Positions 20,233 to 37,911 are shown, counted from the stretch's first letter. The stretch: DNA of 64,000 nt from Chrysomallon squamiferum (GCA_012295275.1 CM022677.1:23746001-23810000); one strand, 5' to 3'. Numbers and translations: made by a program. Notes: generated from the sequence alone by a model not told the origin.

Positions 20233-21316
20233 TTAAAGAAATATAAATACTTTTTATAACATAACCAAATAGCAGACAAACATATTAGTATATAACAAAA
20301 CCACATATAGCGAAACGTGCATATTCATGCTTACATTACAGAAAGGACTGAAATACAAGGAATGATATGCAAATATTTTACTACAGTAGCTTAGACGATT
20401 AGATTTAAATCATTGCAGAAAGTTGTTTTAATTATTACTGATATAGCTTCAAAACCATTTACTTGAACTGAAACGGCGTGTCATACAAGACTTCAGTCAA
20501 ATCTTCTCTACTGCGCCACCTGGCGTACACGTCTTCGTAAAAGGAAGGGTTGATAAACGTGCTGTGAATTTCCGGTTTTGCGTAATGGACACTTCCTGAG
20601 TCCAGGGCTCTGTGTTGCCGTTCTCGCTCTATTGCGTAGTACGGGTTGTCCAGATCGTCACACTGATAGGAGTTGACTGTCGTCTCCTCCGAGGAGCTGA
20701 AATAAATAAAATAAAATAAAATACAACAAATAAAATCCATAAAAAAAAAGAAGAATTATTAACGAATTAATAATGACACAAGTGAATCAGTGATTGAATA
20801 GATTAACCGTTCAAAATGAATCAGACGTCACAGAAATAAATTTATTAATCTACGACTCCTCTATGAGTCAATAATAGAACTACGTCATAATAGAAAATAC
20901 CTCATATCAGACAGTCGAAATGAGCGTAGTTTTCTACGCGTGGCTTATGAAATGTTACTGTTTTGCTAATTATGATTTTTTTTTTTACATCTACAGAATA
21001 TTTACCGTAACATACCGTCTGGAAAGTTTGGTACGTGGTTTGCAGCAGAACAGACGACATAAATTAACAGCAACGACGAGAATGATAAGGCCACAGCATC
21101 CAGACAGAACGCCTATCAACAGCTGTGTGGTCATAGGAATGCCGAAGTGACGTCCTCCTGAAATAAGTCTGTTATTATTAGTTTTAATTTCACTGTTGTG
21201 TTTGTTATGTTAGTTATTATTTTTTATTATTATTTTTCTTTTTTTGTTGCTGTTGTTGTTGTTATTTTTCTTTTTGTAATTATTGTTAAATTAAAGTCAT
21301 TGTTAAAATCATAATA

Positions 21317-21409
<93 letters not shown>

Positions 21410-21500
21410 ATCAAATCATATTGAGTGCATTCCGAGATTCCTTAGGGAATGAAAGAGAGAAAGATACATATATAGAGACGAATACAGAACGCACGCACAC

Positions 21501-21597
<97 letters not shown>

Positions 21598-21998
21598 TAC
21601 ATAGCCCTCCATCTGCACTTAGATGTAAATATTATATTTCATCAAACACAAACTGTTACTTGTAGCAATACGAAGTACAAGTGTCTGATACTTGAAACAA
21701 ACTGTGTGTGTACAACCACATAACCCTGCACACCTTGAATCTCGCAGTGAGGTCGTGATCCATTCCAGTGACCTCGACTTTCACACGTCAGCAGACTAGG
21801 ACCTCGCAGTATGGAGCCGTCGCGACAGCTAATGTGCACCACGGTGCCGACGTCGTGACTTGTGGTGCTGAGGATAATATGGTCGTCATAGAAACCGTGC
21901 TTAATGCCGATAGGTGGACATGCTGTTACAGGAACTAAAAAGTGTAAAGAAGAAAAAAATAAAGAGTAGGGTAAAGAGAATGTGTTATCAAAATAACG

Positions 21999-22083
<85 letters not shown>

Positions 22084-22297
22084 TAATTAGACAGTAAAGA
22101 GTTTTACTTACCGTCCACCGATGACGGGTTTCGATAATCCTGAGTCACATGATCACTTGGGTCTGTCGTCACTTCCGTCGAAAGGAACCGGTGACTTGTG
22201 TAGCGTTGCTAACGTTTCTCTGCGTCACTAAGATCGAAGGATGAATGATGCTTGTCGCCTGCATAGGCGGAATCGTGCTAGACAGCGACGTGTTCAT
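19588..22297 (-). CDS. Single sushi/CCP-domain transmembrane protein with a Tyr-rich cytoplasmic tail (SUSD3-like architecture); N-terminus uncertain
   Basis: Phase-consistent exons: 21934-21734 (CPPIG...ISCRDGSILRGPSLLTCESRGHWNGSRPHC, sushi), 21157-21016 (TM LLIGVLSGCCGLIILVVAVNLC), 20696-20463, 20101-20015 and 19660-19588 (...IDGLTTF*). The upstream exon ending at 22112 (GTAAGT donor) encodes a S/T-rich stretch from ATG at about 22297 (MNTSLSSTIPP) only if a 1-nt frameshift near 22180 is corrected. Confidence 0.8.
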
Positions 22298-22516
22298 TTC
22301 GAAACGTCTCTACATTTACGTCAATAAGTTTCTGTCCGTTTTAGTTATATTTCGGATTCCTATTACGTCATTGCGCTGTTCCGTCATGACGTCATAGTTT
22401 TATTGCTCCGGGTGATATCTGTGGATTTGTTGATATGAAGAACAGTCCAACACGGTTATATCTGAAAATAAATAAACGAATCCGCTAATAAGAAACAGAG
22501 AGAGAGAGAGAGAGAG

Positions 22517-22587
<71 letters not shown>

Positions 22588-22730
22588 ATTTCGAATAAAC
22601 AGAACGAAGTTTTATATTGATTGCTTTATAAAGATTTGATCCCACAAACCAGATAATACTGATCAATTATAATCTGATAAAATGCCTATGAACACTACAA
22701 ATAAAATATGTAAACTTTTCTAAAGTCAAT
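22588..22730. repeat. Dispersed ~140-bp repeat next to a (GA)n tract; inverted copy at 53795-53920
   Basis: Shared core TTTGATCCCACAAACCAGATAAT.CTGATCA.TT.TAATCTGATAAAAT...AAATATGTAAAC.TTTCTAAAGT. Both copies give ISIIWFVGSN in the ORF track. Confidence 0.8.
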
Positions 22731-22819
22731 AATGTTTGATAATCGGGATATAAAATATTTTTAAAATGCAGAAAACTGGCTATTTTCCAGTTTAAGAAAA
22801 CAGAGCGTTTGTTTTTGTT

Positions 22820-22938
<119 letters not shown>

Positions 22939-24390
22939 TAAAATGTTTGTGTGTCTATATATATATAGAGAGAGAGAGAGAGAGACACACACACACATAC
23001 GCGCACACATACATATATAGACACACACACACACATATATAGACACATATATTTTTTAATTTTTTTTATTTTAATATTTGAGGAAATGCATAAGAAACGA
23101 TTTGACTGGTACACTCACAGGTCAAATTAGTGTAAACTGAAATAGAACCCGGAGACGCATTTCCTTATATAGAAACATCCATAATGAATCACATTTCACT
23201 CATGTTTATACTTACCCATTCACGTATATTCATCATACATAAAACATTTGCGACAGATTGAGAGCTGGCTTCCTTGCACAAATAGTTTCTCGGTAAATGT
23301 TTAACTCCATTATATCATCAGAGTTTTAAAGTTATTTATTCTCAGAAAAAAAAAAAAAAAAAAAACGTTCTAAATACTATCAGATATAGAACACTATGTT
23401 CCCATCAGAAAAGATATATTTTAGACTACACAAGAAATATCTGTGTATTATCATTTGACAAGCAAACGCAAAGTGAAAATTAAATTTACCTTTAGAAAAC
23501 AAATCTACGACTTTGCCATGATTTAGAATTCGATTCCCATAAAGGCAAATTTATTAGCCGTTTAATTTGTTTAATGAAACTTTTTACAGGTGTTTGTTAA
23601 GGTGTAGGCAGCTGTTTACCTGTTGTTTTTGAAGTCAGTGTAGCTGATGTGAAGACCAGGTGAAAACGTACTGAGTAAATAAACAAAGAGGTGACGATCC
23701 AAAGTCCACAAAAGTTGAGAGTTTGTAACTGTTTCTCTTTTCTTACAACAAACCCTGTTACAGCAGCATTCTGTATGAAGCTTTGACCGTAGATACTACT
23801 TTATGTTTTGTAGAGAATAAGTATGTGCAGAGGTACGTAGAAATCACCTATAGGTACATTCACGCACATACACACATACACACGTGCGTTGATATCTCAA
23901 CCTACTGATATATTATTCCTTTACAACGAAGACTTTAAATTAATAACAGAATAAAATGATGGAAGATGATAACAACGTCACAGTGGCAGCATCTACAACT
24001 ACACGACAACAACGACGACGATAACAGTTATAATAATAATAATAATAAGAATATCATTACCTTTTGAAAACGACGTCAAATTTTTAGACTTCTCGGATCC
24101 GTTGACCACGACGACACTAACGGTGTTAGTGAAGGGTGACGTCATTTCCCGTAAATCACGCGAAAATACTGATTAATCATTCAAAAGTTAAGGTGTCGAC
24201 ACACCGTCCAATTCACTCTCCCATGTGCTGTTAATTGTTTCAGTGACACAAGACAAAATTACTACATTTAACTTGTTATTTGCATAAATTTTAAGTTTCT
24301 CCTCTTTCTCGAGTCAGTCTTATATCTTTGTTTCTTCATCCGTTCCCCATATAATAACACTGGTAATAAAGAGCAGACAGCTTCATTTTT

Positions 24391-24473
<83 letters not shown>

Positions 24474-24824
24474 AGCCAGCTACCATATTCTGAGAATTTT
24501 GATAATTCTGATTTGATATTTTTCTAGAAGGGTTTTTTTTTTTTTTTTTTTTGCCTCAGAATGATTTTGCATATAATTGCGAATATATGCATTGTATAAG
24601 AAGAAAAACGAGAAAGACAAACACAAGCAAAAAGACTGAAATTAATACATAAGGTAGATAAGTTAAACCGTCTGTCAGCGCCTATAACCGATTACTGTCA
24701 ATCTCGCTTTGACATTCCGTCTCTTTTTGATTGATCGGCTCGTTAACGGTAAACGTATTACTTCAAGTGAGTTTGCTTCAGGATAACATACTTGTATGTT
24801 TCTCCTCACGTGACGTTCAGCCCA

Positions 24825-24838
24825 CAGCGCCCTCTGGC
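24825..24838 (-). promoter_or_regulatory. CTCF-like motif between the divergent sushi genes
   Basis: The minus strand reads GCCAGAGGGCGCTG, close to the CTCF core consensus. CACGTG and TGACGT motifs lie adjacent at about 24807-24816. Confidence 0.45.
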
Positions 24839-25011
24839 ATTGAATTTCTTCGTTTTACGCTTTATTTGTTTATTTATTTCAGATTTAATCGTTTTGAAGA
24901 GTAATTAGATGTTGTCAGAATGAATCATCGAGTGATAACGTTCGTCTTGTGTCCGATAGACTGTTACCCTTACTAGTTAATATCCTTAATTCATTTAACA
25001 AAAGCAGTCGT

Positions 25012-25048
<37 letters not shown>

Positions 25049-25151
25049 TGTTATTGTTATTTTTTCCTTTTTCTTCTTCTTCTGTTATTATTATGATTAT
25101 TATTATTATTATTTGTTTGTTATTTTATTGTTTTCTTTTTTATTATTTTCT

Positions 25152-25238
<87 letters not shown>

Positions 25239-25454
25239 CAATGAATAAAAAGCATTTGCCACATGTGTAATAATATTCTGTACAAAACAAGGAATGGGAC
25301 TAGCTGCAAGTTTCTTCACAGATGAATCAAAAACTGAAATCAGGGTTTGGTTATTACAGTATGTATTGATTCACATCCTAATAACATATAAAAATTAAAA
25401 AAAAAGGAAATTTATAAAAAAATGTAAAAATAATTAAAAAAAAAAAAGAAAACA

Positions 25455-25485
<31 letters not shown>

Positions 25486-25834
25486 TAAACACTACTAGTA
25501 TGATTGATGCCTAAGGTTAAAATGCAGTAAAATTTTATTTTTTTTTATATTTTATTTTTATAATTTTAGCCTTAAGATATACACATCTTACTGACACTCA
25601 TTTTAAAATTAAGAGCACACCTTTTTTTGCCTTGGGGTTAGAATTTGAAGTAACCTGGATGTAGAGTCAGGGCATGTTTGTTAAAAGTCTTTTGTAAAAG
25701 TAAACTAAGCAGTAGATTCATACACCTACACAGTCATCAAATAAACCATTTAAAAAAGACAGAGAAAACAAGCAAATACATGCAAACTTGCACATACTTA
25801 TTATTATTATTATTATTACTGTCATTATAATTAG

Positions 25835-25871
<37 letters not shown>

Positions 25872-25886
25872 TGTTATTATTATTAG

Positions 25887-25950
<64 letters not shown>

Positions 25951-25989
25951 TGTCATTATTATTATTATTATTATTATTGTCATTATAAC

Positions 25990-26020
<31 letters not shown>

Positions 26021-27153
26021 ATTATAACATATTTTCTATAGCATCCTTTCTATACTTGGTAAGTTCAAAGTGCATTACAGTGTAAACTAATAAACAAAAA
26101 TAATAAAGACATAAACCTATTAAAATAAATGTAAACAACATTTTATTAGAAATAAATGAGTCACATTCAAAAAATTGTTTACAGTAATTAAAAGACTCGC
26201 TTGAATTGGAAAAAATAAAACAAAACTATCTCTCAACAAAATGTATTTGAAAAGAAAAAAAAATGGGTTTTTAGTAGGGTTTTGAAAGTTTTTTTGTTTG
26301 TTTTCAGCCTCCTCAGTGTTACTTGAGAGAGTTCCAAAGCCAGGGTAGCAGAACTGAAACATCTCTGACATATGTAGTTGTTCTCACTCTTAGTGTTACT
26401 AATCTTAATGAATTCTGTGATGTTAGAGTCCTAGGTGTCCTCTACACTTCCATCATGTCCTTCGTGTGCTCTGGTGAACAATCATGGACCAGGAGTTTCA
26501 GTACTGTCTATATTTAGACTGTGACATCATCTCCTTGTCTCAGTCTATGCTGCTGTACATATGAGGACTATGATGCCAACTACTACTACCATTACTAACA
26601 CCATTACTACTACTACTGTTTTATCATTACCATTATCATCATCATCATTATAATTATTATTAACATTAGTATTATTATCATCATCATTATTATCATTATT
26701 ACTATTATTAAAAATAATACTGCTACTGCTAAAATTAATATACAACAACTACTACTACTACTACCACCACTATCTCCATTATTACTACGATTTTATCATC
26801 ATCATCATCATCATCATTATGTTATTATTAGTAATATTATTATTGCAACTAATACTGCAATTGCTAAAACTGATACAACTACTACTTACTACAACAAATG
26901 ATGATGATGCTTATGATTAATTACAAGAAGGAAAAATCTTATAAAAATGAATGAAAATATATATTTTTTAAAAGTATTAAAATATTTATATAGACTGCAT
27001 GGAGAGTAAATTGTTATCAAAGTGTAATAAAGCCTCAGTGACTAAACTAAATTACATATTGTTATCTTTCAAACAATAACAAACTTCTTAAACCCTGTTT
27101 TATCTGAATGTAGACTTGCTTCAAGTCTAATGTATAAATTAAAATCAGAAAAT

Positions 27154-27207
<54 letters not shown>

Positions 27208-28074
27208 GCTCATTCAGCTTTATACAAAAAAGCACTGAGTCATTTGAATGGTTAAAACAGAATGCTCACAAATGACAAGTTACAGGATTTATTCTCCACT
27301 ATGGACATTTTCCAATTTCATGTCCGGTTTATGTTCTTGAGTATTAAAGACCTTTTTGTCATTTTGTGACAGTAAGTTTCTTTTCTTATCCTGTGTTTAT
27401 TTACATTTGTGAATTTTTTCTAGATATAAATACAGAGATTAATACATTCACTGATACACTAAAATGGCCACAAATCAAGGCTAGGGTAACAGAAGCACGT
27501 CAAATCCATGATAAGTTATCTGTGAATATTTCATTTCTAGATAGCAACATTTGTTAATGTATACCAATGTATACAGAATATATTTTAATTTCAAATTCAC
27601 ATTGTTTCTTAATGGCTTAGAGCTGTCTGCAGTTTTGATGTTAAGGTAAGACTGATTTATTTGTAAGGATGAATAGTAAAATGGTGTCAGTTATGGAAGC
27701 AAGGGAGGTAAACACTGTGGATGTTGTGTGTATGGAGTTACACTTGTAAACAGGAGGATTAATTCAAATTCTACTGATACTTACCTACATAAATATTCAT
27801 ATTATTTATATTTTGAAATTTTTTTTTTTATCCAAATTCCACCATTAGTTTGTGTACAACATGCACAGCTGAATGTAAGAAAGTCTGAGCAATACTTGAA
27901 AAACTTATCAAAGTTCAGTTCAGAGAGCATCATGATTTTTTTAATTTTTTTGTTATTTCTGTTAGAAGAAGATCAATATTTGTGTAATCTTTTCTGTCAC
28001 AATCTTAAAAAGAAATACAAAAAATGAAAGGATGATATTTTCATCAGAGCTCAAAGGAGTGTTTTGACTTAACC

Positions 28075-28325
28075 TATAATTCAGTGTGCACTCTGATTTT
28101 ATAAGTGTCTGATTCAGTGTGTAGTCTGATTCAATGTACAGTCTGTTTCAAAGTACAGTGTGATTTGAAATGAAGTGTCTGATTCAAAGTGCACAGTCTG
28201 ATTTAATGTGCAGTGTCAAATTCAGTGCACTGGTGTGATTTAATGTGAAACATCTTAATCAAGGTACAAGCTCCTGATTCAGTGTGAAGGGTTTTAATTC
28301 AATCAGCAGGGTTTGGTTCAGTATA
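28075..28325. repeat. Degenerate ~18-bp tandem repeat (TCTGATTCAGTGTGCAG-like)
   Basis: More than 10 recurring TGATT(C/T)A(G/A)TG units just upstream of the signal-peptide exon. Confidence 0.6.
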
Positions 28326-28405
28326 AAAGCTCACATGTATATACTTGTCAGTTTGAAAAATGTTTATTTTGTTTAAATTTTTAGGTTCTGAAAGGAAATG
28401 CTAAA

Positions 28406-30575
28406 ATGGATTTCATTATTTTCTTGGAAATTCTGATCATCAGTAGAATGATACATGGTGTGGATACAGGTTTGAGACAAACAACAATTTCTAATAACAG
28501 TAACAACTATTGCATAACTTTCAATTTATATAATTTTAATACAGTTAGAAGCTGGGACAAATTTAGTTTGTTTATTTAATATATTCAGTTTTGGTTATTT
28601 TGCTGTACATTACTTTGCCATCATTGTCATTTAAACAAAAATTAAAGAAGAAATAATGCAAACGAAACCTGGAATAAAACGAAAAAGAAAAAAAAGATGG
28701 AGGAAACTATTCAGTTTTACTAAGATAATCAATAATAATAATAATCATGATGATAATAACAAAAATAATAATATTAATAATAACAATAATAACTAAAATA
28801 AATAAAAAAATAAAAATAAATAAATAGATGTTGTAATGAACTAATGTATTTTATTTTTATTATTTTTATTTAAATAAAGGATGTAAAAAGCCAGAACAAT
28901 TTTTAATAGTGACAAAAGAAAATCAATATGACACTGACATAGATGTGGCAAACTATAAAAATGACAGTACCTTGTTACCACTCACCTGTGTTAATAATGT
29001 TGATTTTGAACTGAAGAAACCAGCATTTGTCAGATGTGTAAACAACAGCTGGGTGAAAGATAAGGCCGAATGTGTAGGTATGTACATATCAAATAGTACA
29101 CTTACACATACACACACACACACACTTTTTCTGTCTTTGATTTTTCTTTATTATATTTGTTTCCTCTAAGATTACTATAAAACAGCTCACAATGATTTAT
29201 TTTATATTTTTTTATATTCTCAATTATTTATATTTATTTATTTTTCTTCTATAATAATGAAAAACTAGATTTGTCATTTTTTGTTAGATTTGCGCACAGG
29301 CATTCCTTTATATACCAAATATAATTATAGAATAATTATTTATTTTACTTTAACGTGTGATTTTTTGACATAATTTTAAAAGTATATTTTGTACAGCAGT
29401 TAATCTGCACAGTAACTGACAAATCTGCTATAACGATTTGATTATATTTAGTATAGAAAATGAATTAGAAACTAAAACATTTTAAAATAAAATCTAGCTT
29501 CCTGTTTGAATTTTTGTTTCTAATGAACGAATTTTAACTGTATCATGTATATGGTAAATATTTCCCTTAGATCGTTTACTTTAATTTTCTTATTGTTGAA
29601 TTGTTACTAACTGCGATGATAATGGTTAAATAATAATAATAACAAAAATCTAATAAAATCGTGTAATATTCTGTTTTTGTTTCTCTCTCCAAAATTGTTG
29701 AAATTAAAACTTACAGTTTAGGCCAAACAGGTTTCAACTTCCGGTCATGGTAAAAACACGTTCTCAGTACTTGTACAGCAAGTAATCATGAAACCACAGA
29801 ATAAATACTTAAATTAATAAACAAATAAATAAAATATGTTGTGCTAATTTGCATAAAACAAAGAAATGTAAGAATTTGTTTGTATTTTATCAAGTAATGG
29901 GTGCAGACAAGAGTTATGAGTTATCCTTTATTACTTTTTATTTATTTCTTCTTCTTCTTTTTATTATTATCATCATCATTATCATCATCAACAACCTTCT
30001 TCATTTATTTTAATTTTATTTAACTCATTTTATTAGGCTGTATAATATTTATCATAAAACATTAAAATATTAAAATTACAGCAAAGCAGAGACCCACTTT
30101 AGCCAGTTATTCAAATTACAGCCTCAATGTTTTACCATTGGTTTGTCCTTTAAAAGTGTCTAAATTGTAAAGTGTCATAAAAAAAGTTGACAAACTATTT
30201 ATATATGTAAAGCTCATGTGTTTTTAGTCTTTTTTTTTTTTTTTTTTTTAATCCAACGGTCAGCTGATATTAATTAATCATTATAAGGTTTAATAACATG
30301 TCGACAGTGGTGTTTTCTATTTCTGTCTTATTTATTTATTGTGCCCTGATACAAAAACGAATAACTGCAACAGAAATTAAAGAATTTTAAAACAAATCTA
30401 AATAAGAATTAATAGAATATTAAATAAAAAAGAAAAAAAAAAAAAAGAAAACAGGAACACATTTCAGTTTAATTAAGTTTTTAACTGAACTATACAAATA
30501 TCGTTATGATATATATGTTAAAGGTATAATATCCAACATAATAATACTAGTGAAATAGTAATTAAATATAATTAA

Positions 30576-30622
<47 letters not shown>

Positions 30623-31511
30623 GAATGATTTAAAATTCTGATTCATAATGAAATTAGCTTAATTTTCACGAATAAAAACAGTTAATATATTTATCCTTAT
30701 GTATTATTGTCTGATTGAAATAACACACTGAATTAATTACTCAAATGTTTTCTCTCTTTGATAATTGCTGTAAAAGTTGAATTTCTAATTACATTTTACC
30801 ATTTTGCAAATTCAGTAATATCTTTTGAAATATAAAAAGGAGAGACTGATAACTTTTTATATTTAAAATGATAAATATTGTAAATTTACGTTATAATGAT
30901 GATGATGATGATGATGACAATAACAGTAGAAGAAAGCTTCAAAGTGTTCAAACTTTTCCCCCTATTATTCATCTGTTACTGTGTAAATAATAAATGGAAT
31001 GATCTAAGGGAAATAACTCTTATTTTCGTTTGTTTTTTAGAGTTCAGTGTAAACATGTATTTATTTATTTATCTATTTATTTATTTCATTCTTCTATGAT
31101 GTATCGTTTTATGTTATAATACAATTTAATAACAACTCATAGCAAAATAATAAATAAATAAATAGCAATTAAAGTTCGATTCCTTCAATTTTATGGTCTA
31201 AGGGATGTAACTCTATTAAAGCAGTTGCTTCCCCTAAACCGTAAATTTATTTCGTTCCATAATGACAACAAATATATATATATTTTTTTTTTCACCTGAA
31301 TTAAAACTGAAAAGTAAAAATTTGATTATTTTCTATCTCACAGCTATTTATGTCATTCAAAATAATTAAAATTATTGATAATAAAATAATAACATGAATT
31401 AAAAAAAAAGAAAAAATAAGAAAGAAAGAAATAATAACAAAAAATAAATAAATAAATAAATAAATAAATAAATACACATAACACAATCTATTTATATTTA
31501 AAATTTACGGT

Positions 31512-31571
<60 letters not shown>

Positions 31572-32676
31572 TAACTAACTAATAATAAGTGGAATTAAGT
31601 TTAAAGTATTCAAACTTTTTTACCCTATTCTTCATCTCTTATTAATTAATAAATGTAATGGTCCAAGGGAAATAACTATTTTATTTATTATTAGAATTCA
31701 GTGTAAACATTTAATTATTTATTTCATTCTTCTACGACGTATCTTTTTATGTTGTTGCACAATTTAAAATGATAACAAGTAATGACAAAATAATAAATAA
31801 ATAAATAAATAAATAAATAAATAGCAATTAAAGTTCGATTCGTTCAATTTTATGGTCTAAGGGATGTAACTCCATTAAAGCAGTTGCTTCCCTTAGATCG
31901 TAAATATATTTTGGTTCCATAACGATAACTATTATTATTATTATTGTGTTTGTTTGTTTTGTTTTTTTGCATCTAAATTAATGTGAAAAGCAAAAATTTG
32001 ATTATTTTCTATCTCATTCAAAATAATTAAAATTATAGAAAAGAAAGTAATAACAATTTTAAAGAAAAAAGAAAATAAAAAAAAAGCGTGAAAGAAAAAA
32101 GAAATAATAACAATAAATTATAAATAAAACTGCAAAGGATTAAAATGGCATATATTTACTTATTAGTGGCGGCTTAATCTTTCACATTTATGGTCTAAGT
32201 GAAAGAACTGTAAAGAAATAAATAAAGACACATAACACAATCTATTTATATTAGCAGTCTGCAACTAATACCTGGAGTTACCTCCCATGGACCATAAACA
32301 TTATTCCCAATGTTAATTTAAAATTTACATTCATTTTAATATTTTTTTAAAACCATTATTCCCAATAATTAGTCATTTATCACAATTTAATAATTATTAT
32401 ATTTTTTTTGTTATTATTATTACTGTGAAAAATACTTCTACTATGAAAAATATTATTTAACATACTTATTTTTAAAATTAATTTTCATTTTTTATTTTCT
32501 TATTTTCTTATTTATTTATTCATTTGTTCCAGCAAAGATTTGGCGACTTCGGCAAAGAACTGAAACTATCATTCTAATCTCTGGAATAATGTTTGGCTCT
32601 ATGGCATTCTTCTTTCTTTTTCTCAAATTTGTTCACCTCAGGTGGCAATGGAATCAAAAGAAGTAAATAATGAAAT

Positions 32677-32755
<79 letters not shown>

Positions 32756-32989
32756 TGTATAAAATTATCTAAGTGGTGTTATTTATTTATTACATTAACT
32801 CTAGTATTGTTTGTGGTCGTTTTCTTTCATTCTTTCATCAGATGTAATTTTGTGTGTTAATTTGAGTGGTCAGTTTGATATTTATTAGACATTTCTTCAT
32901 TTTAATATCAATGCCTTTGATGTAAGTCTAAAAATATTATCTTCTGCTCCCTTTTCCCTCCATGTTCCTTTCTAGTTCCATTATTTATC

Positions 32990-33069
<80 letters not shown>

Positions 33070-33092
33070 TAATAATAGTAATAATAATAATA

Positions 33093-33123
<31 letters not shown>

Positions 33124-34152
33124 TTAATATTTTATTTTTTAACTTTGTTATTATGAGTATAGCATTATATACATTTGCAGAACCATTAATACTATTTTTA
33201 TTGTGAAATGAGGAGATGTCACTGAATGGATTTTATTTTATAATTATTATTATTATTTTATTCTTTTTTCCTTTCTCATTTTATTAATTTGTTATATATA
33301 TATTTAAAGGAAATAATAATTCAAAAAAAAATGTGTACACACACACACACACACATTTATAATTTATATTTTTATTTATTTCTAGGACTGACAGCTTCGA
33401 AAGATCTGCACTCGCCACTGTTGGAGAAAGCTGTGTTGATAACTTATATGCAGAGATTCATAAAACCAGAACAAATTACTCTTACAGAAGGTATGTCTGC
33501 CATACTAGTCAGACAGACAGATATATATAACTAGACATTTAGATATATATAGATATAGGTAGACAGATATATAGCTAGATATATGTAGCTAGACAGATAG
33601 ATTATATAGCTAGATATATGTAGCTAGACAGATATATATAGGTAGACAGATAAAGAGTTAGACAGACACATACATATAGGTAGATAGATAGACAGGTAGG
33701 TAGGTAGGCAGGTAGATATATAGGTAAACAGATATAGAGATAGACATATATCTTAGATAGACAGACAGAAATACAGATGTATGGATGGATAGCAAACCTT
33801 ACATTATACCTTTTTCCAACAACTGCCAGTCATAAAATGCATTTTCATTTCCTGACATCCATTTCAAAAAATGTTTTTAATGTTAAATAAAAGGTTTTTT
33901 CTTCTTCTGTTGCTCAGAAAACATCAGTTTCACAAACCAGTACAATTTAACTAAAACATTTTAATTTTCTTTCTTTTTTAAACATTTTTAAGAAGAAACA
34001 AATATACATCTGCTCACAAATACAGAAAAAAGAAGAGAAAAAAAAATCAAATATAATCTTTTTATATGAATGAGAGAAAGAGAGACAGACAGAGGGAGAG
34101 AAAGGGACACATACACTGATATTTATATTTTTTATGTTCTAGGTCTACATAA
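28406..34152 (+). CDS. Small type I membrane protein (168 aa): signal peptide, divergent sushi/CCP domain, TM helix and Tyr-motif tail
   Basis: Exons 28406-28469 (MDFIIFLEILIISRMIHGVDT), 28880-29077 (CKKP...LTCVNN...VRCVNNSWVKDKAEC), 32533-32662 (IILISGIMFGSMAFFFLFL), 33386-33490 (DNLYAEIHK) and 34143-34152 (RST*). Total 507 nt, all GT-AG with matching phases. Confidence 0.8.
30884..32255. repeat. Tandem duplication of a ~600-750 bp intronic unit carrying AAGGGAAATAACT / AAGGGATGTAACTC motifs (possible non-autonomous DNA-element relic)
   Basis: 30884-31500 and 31501-32255 align over long stretches, e.g. AATAGCAATTAAAGTTCGATTC.TTCAATTTTATGGTCTAAGGGATGTAACTC.ATTAAAGCAGTTGCTTCCC at about 31161 and 31820. 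Confidence 0.8.
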
Positions 34153-34830
34153 GTGTTTTATCAGAACACAGAATGACATGTCTATGACTGCATCACATAC
34201 TTCATCTTATTTCTGTAACAGAATCAAATTAAACATAGTGACCTCAGCTTCAAAATTATTTGACATGAAATGCTGCAAAAGAAAATGTTCAAGGAAACCA
34301 AAACATGCAAAACAAAAAAAAATAAAAAAAATAATTAAAAAAATAATTTCATTCTGACATTATTGACCCATTGTTTTTTTTTTTTTTGCATTGTCACAAT
34401 AATGTAACGACTGAAATCACTGTAATCCCAAATCAAACCAAAATTCCAAAAATAATTTTAAAAATAACTTCAAAAATACAGCAAATGAGAAAAACCATGG
34501 TCTTTCTCCCTCAGGCTTCATCTGAGAGTGTTAGAGATTCCCATTTGATCTAATGTCATGTTTAATCTCTTATAATATCAACTTGTTTATTTAAACCTGT
34601 TTAAAACAACACACACAACAGTCTAATCCAGAAATGAGATGCAACAAACTGTGCGTGTGTGGCTTTAACACTGAAGGTAAAATTAATAAAATTCTGATGT
34701 AAATAAAAATTAAAAATATTAAACATGAAAGATGTGTGTGCATGAGAGAGCAAGGCCTGTGCTGAACCCAAGTACAGATCTGTTGTGTGCTGTACAATGT
34801 CTTCATGATACAACTCCTGTATCTCTCTAT

Positions 34831-35154
34831 TCCTGTAAAACCATTAGTATTTCACTTATTATATCTTCAATATATATATATCTATCTCTTCCTGTAAAAC
34901 TTCAGTGTTTCAGTTATTACATGTTAATGATAAAAACTCCAATATATCTGTTCCTGTAAAATATCCGTGTTTCAGTTATTATATCTTCACAATATATCTC
35001 TTCCTGTAAAATGCTTTGTGTTTCAATTATTATATGGTTAATGATAAAATCTCCAATATATCTAGTTCCTGTAAAATCGTCAGTGTTTCACTTAAGTGTT
35101 AATGACATAAATTCCAGTATATATCTTCCTGTAAAATCGTCAGGGTTTCAGTTA

Positions 35155-35160
<6 letters not shown>
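34831..35160. repeat. ~50-65 bp minisatellite, 6 copies
   Basis: TCCTGTAAAA...TTTCAGTTATTA at about 34831, 34890, 34952, 35002, 35067 and 35127. Confidence 0.8.

Positions 35161-37911
<2,751 letters not shown>

Noticed and set aside
26308-26560. Coding-looking segment between the sushi genes
   Set aside because: It has no convincing ORF or phase-compatible neighbouring exons. At most it is a UTR exon.
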